This document shows positions 53,470-64,000 of a stretch of DNA of 64,000 bases, piece by piece; the first letter of the stretch is position 1, and each line of letters starts with the position of its first letter. The translations under genes were made by a program, and so were the position numbers. The notes beneath the pieces are model-generated. The model was not told the DNA's origin and searched no databases. It saw nothing but the letters and a program-made list of their open reading frames with translations. Source of the stretch: Eledone cirrhosa (taxonomy: Eukaryota); assembly GCA_964016885.1 (NCBI GenBank), contig OZ024741.1, positions 86,056,001 to 86,120,000 on the forward strand, in the 5' to 3' direction.

Positions 53470-54960
53470 GTCTGACACTTTTTGCTCTGACCACACTAAG
53501 AATATTATGAGGTCTTGGCTGATCTTCGACTCAAGCATTCCGAGCCACCCGCAGACGTCAGACCCATACCTCTACCCGATCCTCACCTGTTATATGTGGC
53601 CTTTGAGACAGACATAATCCCTGCCGTGAGATCTTTATTGCTTGCAGCAACGGAGAGGCCGACAGTCCAACCCGGCCATCTCAAGGATTTGATGTCTCCC
53701 CTTATTGCCAAGGCCGGGCACCGCCTGCTGAACGCAATTGTGACATCCATAAACAGGTTCATTTATGGCGCTCTGGACACTTATTCTCGAGACCTCTTCT
53801 TTTCAACCAGCCTGGTCGCTCTTAGGAAGAAAAACGGTGACATACGCCCTATCACTATGAGTAATGTCTTAAGAGGGCTAATTGCCAAGGTCATATGCAA
53901 GTCCATCGCCTCTGAACTGAGCGAGGAACTAAGCCCAGTGCAGCTAGGGATCGGCGTGACTAGCAGGTATAAGGGGTCTGCCCACACCGCTAGGCAGGTC
54001 TTAAAGACTGCTGACACGAGCCGGCGACGAAGATCCAGACATCTCATCATTAAGTTAGAGATGAAAAATGCCTTCAACTGTCTGCGCCGTGACCACTTGC
54101 TCGAGCCTTATCTCAAATATGCTCCCTTCGCCTAACCATTGGCCTATCTGTCGTACGGGTCTCCGCGCATAAAGTTATATCATCTCCCACCGGTGTTCAA
54201 CAGGGAGATCGATTGGGGCTCTTCCTCATCACTTATGGAATAGACAACGTTGCTCAGAGCATCATGGCTCCGTTCAACGTCTGGTACATCGATGACTCAA
54301 TGGTCGACGGGCTCGTAGAGACTGTCTGTCACTATCTCCGACTGGTGGTACCCGCTCTGATGAGGATCAGCTTTGAGATTAAGACATCTGAGGTCATGGA
54401 CGTCAATTACGACGCAAAGGGCTAAACAGCTTCCATCTCAGATGTGCGACCAATACTCCACTGGGCGCAGGTGACCCCGAAGGAAGACGTACTTATCCTC
54501 GGTTCTCCAATCCTTCCGCCTTCCATCCGTTCGATCCTTAGGTCCAGACTTCACCAGCTCGAAATACTTATGAACAGACGGAACCTGATCAACGCGCAAT
54601 CGGCACTCTTCCTGTTGAGTAATTGCTTTCGCAATGCTCCCTGCTAGTCAGGCATCTCTCCTCACAGATCTCGACGGCTGTACCCAGCGCGGTATGAGGA
54701 GATACGCAACGTCAAGTTTGACTAGATCGGGTGGCAACAAGCCATTTCACTCGTCATAACCTGTGACTTCAGTCTCCAGTTTTAATGGCTTTGCCGGCAT
54801 TTCTTTTGTCTGCGTCCTCCAGTCGTATCTTCATCAAAAAAGTTCTCCACAGCACAACAAAACTTGCTGTGATCGAGGAACACGTGGCGGCCTATGCAAC
54901 CTAAAACCAGCTCGGCTTCCGCTCTGCGATCGTCCTACCCCACCTTTCTGAACACGTCCA
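53470..54960 (+). pseudogene. Degenerate CRE-clade non-LTR retrotransposon RT
   Basis: LVALRKKNGDIRPI, PVQLGIGV, KLEMKNAFNCLRR, GVQQGD, WYIDD, ILGSPI, with stops and frameshifts. Confidence 0.85.
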
Positions 54961-55099
54961 GACTAAAATCCAAAGAGGCCTCGATAAGGATAAATATATA
55001 TAAGAACGGTAGAGCAAATATTTATTAAAATAACAGATTAAAGTTTAAGCAAAGAATCGCTGCTTTCACCCTTAACGGGATCTTCTGAAATATATATAT

Positions 55100-56489
55100 T
55101 TAGGTTTGTTGGTTCACCCCCCCCCCTTATATACTTATCCTTGTACTCATTAGTGCATGACCCTAGAATATTACTCTCTGTACCCTTATATCTGTTCATC
55201 TTTATTCACTCCCCTTACCCACTCAAGATTCACACTACGTATAACCCGGACTAACTGGGGACTAACTATAGTCTATTGACACATTTCATCAGATTTTGCC
55301 ACTTTTAAACTTCACATCACGGGTGTGAATAATTAATAATCGTTTGGTACACACGATGATCCGACGGATATGGCAGCTTTCCCGACTGCACGCCAGGCGC
55401 TCGGGTCGATCAGCTTTCATAAAATGCTTGGAAAAATTAAATTTCCCCTTCTTTCGGTAAACGAATATACTCGGAACGGCTGTTTCGCCCTGGGGCCCTG
55501 TCAGACTTGGAATACGCCATGCAACCGGGTATTGACCGCCAAACAGTACCTTTAAATTCTAGGCTTAATCATAACTTTTAACTTTATCATGCCTCCTTCT
55601 ACTAGCACTCAACTAAATTCCCCAACAGTGTGAATAACTAGTAATCGCTAGGTATATACGATAGCCAGCTGACGGTGGCGGACTTCCCGCTAGCACACCC
55701 GGCGCTTAAAACAGTTAACATTCCTGGAGTGCTTGGAAAAATAAATTTCCCTTTCTTTCGCTAGACGAAAATACTCGGAACGGTTGACACGCCGTTGGGC
55801 CCCGGGCTGGCCGGGGGGTCTGCAACGTCACTGGTTAATGTCCGCTAAGCATGGGCTTAATCTTTACTCCATATTCCACCCTGAAACTTTATCGTGACTA
55901 TATATGATACACTTATACTTTTTCTTAAAAGCCTCCTTCTGTAAATTCTTTAACTTAACTCCCAACCTTAAACCTAAATGTTACTTTTCTAATTTCCTCT
56001 TAAATGGCATCTTTTAACTCTAAACTTAAATTTAACGTTTCTAATTGCTAATCGTAATTTCTGACCATACAATGTACTGTGCTGACGCCATATATATAGC
56101 TTTGTTAAGGAAATATCTTTTTTGGGAAAAATATTTTTCGTGGCACTTTCTAGCACTCCTGACCAGCTTGAATGTAACCTGATCTCACCGCTGGCCTCTG
56201 TCTTTGACAGGGTGGTAGTAGTACACTATAAGCCTACGCCCCTCCACCACAAGGACATAAGTAGACTTAATAATCATCACTTGAGGGCGGTTGACCGGGC
56301 TAGTAGCTGCTAAATGGTCGGCCGCCCTCATGTCTCTGATTTCAGCACCATGGATTTTGTCTATTATATTCCTTTGTTATATTTCGAATACCTGATGATG
56401 TCACCGGATTCATACTGAACCCGGTCACTGAAATGATCATAGTATAATAAACCTTTTAAGGAATTACACTAGTCCAGCCACCTGTTATT

Positions 56490-56490
<1 letters not shown>
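55100..56490 (+). mobile_element. Non-coding structured element ending in an HHR, related to 6610-8045
   Basis: HHR with the same TGTCAC..GTCAYT helix-II base; shared GGTAGYAGTAMACTAT motif; bounded by TA-rich tracts. The 5' boundary is uncertain. Confidence 0.65.
56388..56445 (+). ncRNA. Type I hammerhead ribozyme
   Basis: ATAC-CTGATGA-TGTCACCGG..CCGGTCACT-GAAA-TGATCA-TA-GTAT. Confidence 0.82.
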
Positions 56491-56518
<28 letters not shown>

Positions 56519-56521
<3 letters not shown>

Positions 56522-57822
56522 AAGAATTAATATCTAGTAACATATATATACATACAGATGCATATCAATGCTAGCAAATATATAGGTTTTGTCTTAGTAA
56601 CTTTGTGGTTCAATGCATGGGGTTGCAGAACAATAATATGAGAGACGTAAAATAAGAAAATTATAAAATTAGCTTACTTACTAAAATTTCACTCCCAACT
56701 AATTAGTTTCTGAAATGGAATAAATATACTTTCCGAAGAAAATATGGAGAAGCATTTCGTCGTCAGGGAAGACTATTCTCAGCTAAGTATCCAGGCAAAG
56801 CGTGGACTCTGGAAACTTATACAAAAATAATTCAGTGGATAGAAAATAGCAAAGCGTGGACGGAATTCCTAGCCATTGAGAAAATCACTGCCTCTGCGTC
56901 GGTGGCAAATTCAAAAAGAATCAATCACGTGACATCGAGGTCAATCAGTGGAAAGTGGTTTGTTAATAAGACAGCGGCCTGCCTGCTACCATAGCAGCAG
57001 TCTTGGCCAATATTGCTCGACAAATAATTTGGAGATAATTATAAAGAATTAATATCTAGTAACATATATATACATACAGATGCATATCAATGCTAGCAAA
57101 TATATAGGTTTATTTTTGTATAAGTTTCCAGAATCCACGCTTTGCCTGGATACTTAGCTGAGAATAGTCTTCCCTGACGACGAAATGCTTCTCTATATTT
57201 TCTTCGGAAAGTATATTTATTCCATTTCAGAAACTAATTAGTTGGGAGTGAAATTTTAGTAAGTAAGCTAATTTTATAATTTTCTTATTTTACGTCTCTC
57301 ATATTATTGTTCTGCAACCCCATGCATTGAACCACAAAGTTACTAAGACAAAACCTATATATTTGCTAGTATTGATATGCATCTGTATGTATATATATGT
57401 TACTAGATATTAATTCTTTATAATTATCTCCAAATTATTTGTCGAGCAATATTGGCCAAGACTGCTGCTATGGTAGAAGGCAGGCCGCTGTCTTATTAAC
57501 AAACCACTTTCCACTGATTGACCTCGATGTCACGTGATTGATTCTTTTTGAATTTGCCACCGACGCAGAGGCAGTGATTTTCTCAATGGCTAGGAATTCA
57601 GTCCACGCTTTGCTATTTTCTATCCACTAAATTATTTTTGTATAAGTTTCCAGAGTCCACGCTTTGCCTGGATACTTAGCTGAGAATAGTCTTCCCTGAC
57701 GACGAAATGCTTCTCCATATTTTCTTCGGAAAGTATATTTATTCCATTTCAGAAACTAATTAGTTGGGAGTGAAATTTTAGTAAGTAAGCTAATTTTATA
57801 ATTTTCTTATTTTACGTCTCTC
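56519..57822. repeat. 522-bp unit in tandem with an inversion (~2.5 copies)
   Basis: 56519-57040 followed by a restart at 57041-57110; 57111-57822 is a reverse-complement tandem copy with very few differences. Confidence 0.9.
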
Positions 57823-57879
<57 letters not shown>

Positions 57880-57882
<3 letters not shown>

Positions 57883-59525
57883 TACATAATTATCAAAGTT
57901 ATGTTCAAATCATTTAATTGCTGACAATCGTTTCTTCCAAACTTTCGTTTCGAATCATCGGAGCATTATCAATGTTTGTACATATAATTAACCTCCTATT
58001 CAACTGAACAATCATATAGATACATATATATTGATGTTGTGTGCAACAGTTTCGTATTTACAGGGTGTAGTGGATGCGACATATATTATACGAGAATTGT
58101 ACAAAAATTAAAATTAAAATTAAAAGCACAGATAATACAAGAGAATAGTCTAATAATTGAAGAGGCATTGAGAAAGAATGAGTATATTAGCAGTACATAT
58201 GCGTGTAGAAAGTGGACATGCGTTAGTCATATATATGAGAAGGAAATAAGCAAAGGTATTAGGCATATATAGATAAATAAATAAATACTGTATGGCAAGC
58301 AAATGTGTTAATGTATTAAATATTTAAGGCGGATTTAATGTGATGATAGTGTTCAAATTTGTGTGTGTTGAGAAAATCAGTTATTGTACATATGTTAAAT
58401 TATATTTTAGTTAATGTTTATATTGAATGTTTTAAGTTAGTTACAGCAATGGATTGTAAATTGGTCTTAGTGTATTCTTATTCATGGGTTAGAGTTGTTC
58501 AACAGGTAGTTTTTCCAACGATTTAATTTCCGGAAGTGAGTATGAGATACAAGATTAAGGGGAACTAATGCGTAAGGGGAGGTAACTAGCTAATTAAATT
58601 AAATTAAAGTATATAGGAATATCAATTATTTAAATTCATTACTCTAATACACATTATATTGTGATACAAGTGAATCTTTATTACATAATGTTATATATTT
58701 ATACTTAATTTTAAATACAGTCTATTTTCCTATAATACATTAAAGGTCTCATTAGATTGTTATCTATCCATTACTGGACAAGATATAAGTTATGGAAAAA
58801 TGTATAGTTGTTTACATGTCCAAATAGTTAGATCATTTGTGTAATAATATACATTATATTGTGTTAAAAGTTAATCCCTTATATTCAATGCTATTAATTT
58901 ATATATTTAATTATAAATGTATATATAATTTATTATTATTATATTGTGTTAAAAGTAAATCCCTTATATACAATGATATTAATTTAAATATTTAATTATA
59001 AATGTATATATAATTTATTATTACATATTACATTAAATGTCTCTACATATTATATATCCATTACTGTATATAATATAATTAAGCTATAGTAGTTATATTA
59101 AAAGGTGGTAACTTTATGTTTATTTCTAATAGTTATTGTAGAGTATGAGGTTAGAGATAAATAGGAGTTGTGTAGAGGAAAGAGCTGATCAAAGAGTGTG
59201 TTGCTGTGGGGGCTGATAAGTCATAGAGGTGAAGTGTTAATGGTGGTGAGGAATTCAAACCTGACATTGTTATATACTAGCAGCTAGGTTTAAAGTTATG
59301 GAACGAATGTCGGTAGTAGTGCTGGCATGAGGAAAATACCTCTGATTTTCTATTTAGGAGGTCCAGTTTCGAAAAGATTATAGTACGGGTCGCTAGAAGA
59401 CAGAGGTTACACAATTTATTCGGTGGTTTATACGATGTGGCCCTACCTACTTCTTCTCATTGAAGTGTATATGGTCTATTCCTAGCTTTCAGAGAGTGTA
59501 TGTAGCTAGATAAAGAAGTGGTGTT
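57880..59525 (-). mobile_element. 5'-truncated Penelope-like element (endonuclease C-terminus, long AT-rich 3'UTR, HHR)
   Basis: 59278-59522 translates TTSLSSYIHSLK..YTLQ*..LCNLCLL..LLNRKSEVFSSCQH. HHR at 57919-57965. Confidence 0.8.
57919..57965 (-). ncRNA. Minimal hammerhead ribozyme, U4C variant
   Basis: TGCT-CCGATGA-TTCGAAAC GAAA GTTTGGAA-GAAA-CGATTG-TC-AGCA. Confidence 0.7.
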
Positions 59526-59685
59526 GGCATGTAAACAGAACTGCGAACACTAATGTTTCTGGGTATCACCCTTCATAAAAATGAGGCTTGTTTGCATAAT
59601 TGCAAACGAATCGAGTGTTATTAATATTCGAAACATTCAGATTACATTTATTGTATTCAGTCATGTAGAGCGAAAATTTTCTCTC

Positions 59686-59760
<75 letters not shown>

Positions 59761-59768
<8 letters not shown>

Positions 59769-60450
59769 GAGAGGTATAGAGATTGTTTTAGCGAGAAGCT
59801 AATAGTATTCTATAACATATATGCGACTATAACGTCAAGATGGGAAAAGTAGTTAATGTAAGATTTAGGAAAAATAATTCAAACTCATCTCAAAAGAGAA
59901 TCAGGATACAAATTCATCCACAGAATTTAGTGAAATCCAGGGAAAAATCAATAGACCTTTAACTCATGATAAAATAAAGTTTAAAACACTTATCCTTCAA
60001 TTTGGAATAACATCAAATGCTCTGTATAGTCTTAAAATACTATTTCATGAAAACTTTCAGTGGAGATGGTCACGGTTGGATTTCAATCGTCAGCAGAGCT
60101 CAACAGAAACCAGGGCTCTCACAGTATTATAATCCGAAAAAGGGAATTCTAAAACTGGCTAGTTCGCCATCATGTGTTATTATGAAAAAGCACATGAGGA
60201 AAAACAGGGCTAGTGACGTCAGGATGAAAGTAAATGTTTATTTACAAGAAATAGCAGTCAAATACATTCTGAAAAAAACTCTACAAAAGGAGTTCAGCAA
60301 ATAGCAATAATTATCACAGTTTTTATAAAAAACCCGGGATTAGTCACAGATAGTTTAAGCACTCTAGGAAAAGAATCCGAATATAAGTATAAATGAGAGG
60401 TATAGAGATTGTTTTAGCGAGAAGCTAATAGTATTCTATAACATATATGT
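59761..60450 (-). mobile_element. Partial-tandem HHR-bearing non-coding element (~628-bp unit)
   Basis: ~60-bp direct repeat at 59763-59822 and 60389-60449; HHR in between. Confidence 0.65.
60019..60099 (-). ncRNA. Type I hammerhead ribozyme with a full helix III
   Basis: GCTCTG-CTGACGA-TTGAAA..TTTCAT-GAAA-TAGT(ATTTTAAG)ACTA-TA-CAGAGC. Confidence 0.82.
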
Positions 60451-60649
60451 ATATATATATATATATGTGTATATATATACACACAGATATTAAATGCAAA
60501 AAACATGCCAGTGTGTTTTTTGCATTTAACATCTGTATGTATAACTTGACAATTCCAATTACATGCACAAAGCCGACTTTGAAATGGAAACTTGAGGTTT
60601 GTTGCATATTTTAATTTTGTGAGTATGAAGATCCCCCAAAACCTGAAGT

Positions 60650-61460
60650 GCTACAGGCCCCCAACAAGTTCTAAATCCAGCACTAAATGTCGGAGTACAA
60701 CGTTCCTGGCTAGCAACAGGGTCATCCGCCCTTACCCTTTCCAGTATATCCTGCATCATAGTTATCGTCATCTGTCCCCCACCCTAGTCTGTGCGCTCGT
60801 CTCTTGGCGTGGCTACGTGCTGTTCGGAACCACTCCGCAATTGGATAACGGCCCACTAGTCTCCAACACACCAAGAACAGTTCTCGTCTCTTCATACTGG
60901 TGCCCAGTTCTGGGATTTTGTTTCCCCTTTGAAATACCAATACGGCCGCTATGTCTCTTCACAGCTTGAGCCCCAGTGCAGCTCCTCTTTTCATCGTCTC
61001 CGGTGATTCCGCGGTTGATCCAAACCTTTATAGGTAGCATTTGACGGTATCACTGTCTCATCCAGTAAGATACCGTCAATATAGGAATTGGTGACCTTTT
61101 TCATCTTGTCCACCTTTCCCAGGACGGCATTGAGAACCGTCGCCATGATCTTTGGAGCTGAATGCAGCCTAGTCAAACAGTACGCACCTTGTCAGCTGAT
61201 ACTTCCATAGTTTCTCAGCCACATGTGGCTGCAGATACGCCGACCTTAAATCGAAGATTATGAAAACCCTCGTCATTTATCTCCACTCTTGCAGACATCT
61301 GTAACCTCAACGCCCGTGTGGCACAATACGTAGTTGTTCAACTCTCGAAAGTTCAGTACCGGCTTGACCTTGTTTTTCGTTGGCTGCATTACTGCCATTA
61401 GCGGCAACATTCCGCTCTTTATCTCTTCCTTCCACGGCAAGGCACTCTCCAACCCGAAAT
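60650..61460 (-). pseudogene. Degenerate Ty3/Gypsy-type pol (RT) remnant
   Basis: PLMAVMQPTKNKVKPVLNFRELN, DLRSAYLQ, SAPKIM, NSYIDGILLDE. Confidence 0.75.
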
Positions 61461-62904
61461 ATTTGGTTTGCATCAAAACAATACATATTATACAGAAGAT
61501 TACAATAAAAATATCTAGGCGTTCTTTCTTTTAAAGTAGACGAAAGTCTCCGGTCAGTAATTTCATTTTGCATTTATTTAAATAAATCCATTACAATAAT
61601 TTTCTTTAATCATGGTCAAACATAATTTAATTTTAGATATATGTACTGATACCTATCTTTTCCAATCCAGTGGGTTTATACACCCCGTTATTAGACTATT
61701 TTATTTGGTCAAAAAGTTACGGCGAAGCATTCTATTTCAATTATCTTTTACTAATAGAACAGTCTGAATTTACATTCAAAATTCATGCAAATTCGTGAAA
61801 TGGAGATAAACGTGACGTCACATACATGTTGCAATATTTAGTTTTCTTTTACGAATAAATTACTCGGAATTTACATACATAAATCAAGCAGGTACCATTC
61901 ATTTGCATCTTGTTATTCATGACGATTGTTGTCAATTTATAATGAATAATAAATATTAATCCGAGGGTAGGCTGCAGTACACGGAATCTTAATCCGAAGA
62001 GACAAACATATTGTAAGCCGGTTCACTTGCTCAAGGGGAAATACTCCTGCAGTCAAAATTATGTAGAGGTTTGTTAATTAATAGGTGGTGTGCTATACTG
62101 GAGATTACATTAATCCATCGAAGACGTTAATCTTCTTAATTCGGCATTAAACTCTTCTATTTAAAAAAAAGCTATTACGGAGAATATAATAAAGTTTGTA
62201 TTTCACATGGCTTTTTAGCTGTTCTCTAATAACAAGTGACGGCATTTAAAGGGGGGAGAACCGGTGATCATTCAAATAAAATACGTAGTACATGTGTGTG
62301 TGTTTTCTCTATATATATAGGTTAGGTGCAAATGTCACAGCGATTCATACATATATTTTATGTTTTTATTTTGATATATACGACACAATCCTAAAAGTTC
62401 AGTCATACTGATTATTTTCAAATAATTTTGAGAATAAGAATTTAGAGTGATTTAGTAATGTCTCACAATTGTTTGGAGCATAGTTTAACGAATGTTCTTA
62501 CATAAAATTACGATAGAACGTTTTTAGATAAATATAAACACGATGAAATAAACAGCTTAGGCAGTTCAGTATTGAAGGTATTGGTAGAAGAAGAAAAAAA
62601 GACTAACATCAAAATGAAAGTCTTATTTCAACATCTTGAATAATGGTTTATGCTGTGCTCGACATTTAATTCAATTCAACAATCCTTCAATTTGATGACT
62701 TGTTAGTATATTCTCCAATAATCGACATAACTAGTTTTGTGCCTTCCACAAATTTTGTTTCTCCATATGCAAATTTTAAAATGAAATTTTGCAGAGGTAG
62801 CTTGCGATTATAGTGATTTTTAAAATAATTAATATAATTATTTTAATACTTTCATTATTGTATACTTTCGCTCATTAACGCTATTATTTACTGAATACTT
62901 ATAT

Positions 62905-63090
62905 GGTGGATTGGCAGTATCGGTAGAGGGTCGGACGCCATGCTTTCCAGCATAGTTACGTCCCTTTATGATCTGAGTTCAAATCCCGCCGAGGTTGACT
63001 TTGCCTTTCATCCTTACAGGGTCGATAAAATAAAGTACCAGTAATGCACTGGGTAATTGCTGGCCTTGTGCCTAAAGTAGAAACAATTAT
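62905..63090 (+). mobile_element. tRNA-derived SINE (family A) with 18-bp target-site duplication
   Basis: Near-identical to the 49100 copy. ATTATTTACTGAATACTT occurs at 62883-62900 and 63086-63103. Confidence 0.92.
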
Positions 63091-63499
63091 TTACTGAATA
63101 CTTGCGATTTGTGTTTGGAAATATTCTATATGTAAACTCGAATAATTTCATAAATTATATCAGATTTTCTACAGGAATGTAATGCCATCTCTTACTTCTT
63201 AATACTATTTCTTTATATTTTCTATTTAAACATCTTTTATATATGTTTCAAATTTTGCAGGAATTTTATTACTAATTCTTAATACTTCGCAGCTGATTTT
63301 CATTCCTACCGGGTAGCAAACCTATCAAGTGCATGTCGGAGATCAGTCTGACGAGTTAATTAGTACCATGTCTTTCGCAAATTCCAGCTGACTGATCCTA
63401 CACCCGCGATATACAATACTTAATTACATAATCATTTCACATAAAAATATAGAATTAAAACGAAAGAAAATATCAATTCAAAATTGTCAATCGCTCACA

Positions 63500-63683
63500 C
63501 ACCACAGCTTGGAGTGGCGGAGTCTCCCTCTAATACATTTGAAGAAAGCTAAGACGCTAGCAGAATTACTGCAGGTGATAGTGAGGCTAAAGCGCTGGGA
63601 CAACCAAGCACCTGCACAGGCATCATCTAACACCTCGGTAAGGTGAGTCGCCAACGATGACAAGGACTTCGTTGTCAGCGGCC
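63500..63683 (-). pseudogene. CRE-type endonuclease C-terminal fragment, adjoining a SINE tail (63683-63735)
   Basis: AWLSQRFSLTITCSNSASVL matches the motif seen at 35615-36048. Confidence 0.6.
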
Positions 63684-64000
63684 CAGTAATACACTGAGAT
63701 AATTCCTGGCCTTGTGCCAAAAGTAGAAATAATTACTTAATATTGAATTAATATTTTATTTCGTTTTGATTTCATATTTTAAATTATAAACGCAGTAAAG
63801 ACTAGAGAATAGGGTGTCATTAAACTATAGTTATGCTTAAGAATAGAAGTTTTCTTGAGTACAAGAGAAAAAGTCTGAATGAACCACCAGCTTTTTATGT
63901 ACTCCGTCTACGTTTGAGAGCGGGGAAAACATTTATTTTCATTACGTATTTGAAGTATTCAATGGCACAATTATAATTTTGAGTAATCTTCCGATTTAAG

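Noticed and set aside
55660-55850. HDV-like ribozyme interpretation of the pseudoknot
   Set aside because: The large insertion lies between P2 5' and P1 3', and no P3/P1.1 can be formed, so the topology does not match.
61500-63480. Possible host exons or promoter (several TTTTGCAG acceptors; also unique-looking DNA at 14300-21000)
   Set aside because: No recognisable protein similarity or consistent exon structure by eye; needs RNA-seq.

Overview
AT-rich eukaryotic genomic DNA with no recognisable host protein-coding gene. The repeat content (RTE LINEs ending in (GAT)n, tRNA-derived SINEs, very long (TA)n/(TACA)n tracts) is typical of octopus/cephalopod genomes; the taxon is an inference. 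The window is a nest of mobile elements, mostly inserted into (TA)n: three RTE LINEs (one with its 5' end apparently intact), two Helitrons, CRE, CR1 and Ty3/Gypsy remnants, solo LTRs, MITEs, SINEs and many Penelope-like element (PLE) ends. Reading by eye finds about ten hammerhead ribozyme (HHR) motifs. The most notable signal is a pair of related non-coding, highly structured elements that carry HHRs. The first (6610-8045) has 171-bp direct repeats each with an HHR and is predicted to release a 1265-nt RNA. The second (~55100-56490) has the same HHR subtype plus a duplicated pseudoknot-like RNA domain. Several foldback palindromes also turn in or near HHR helix II. All RNA structures were paired by hand, not computed.
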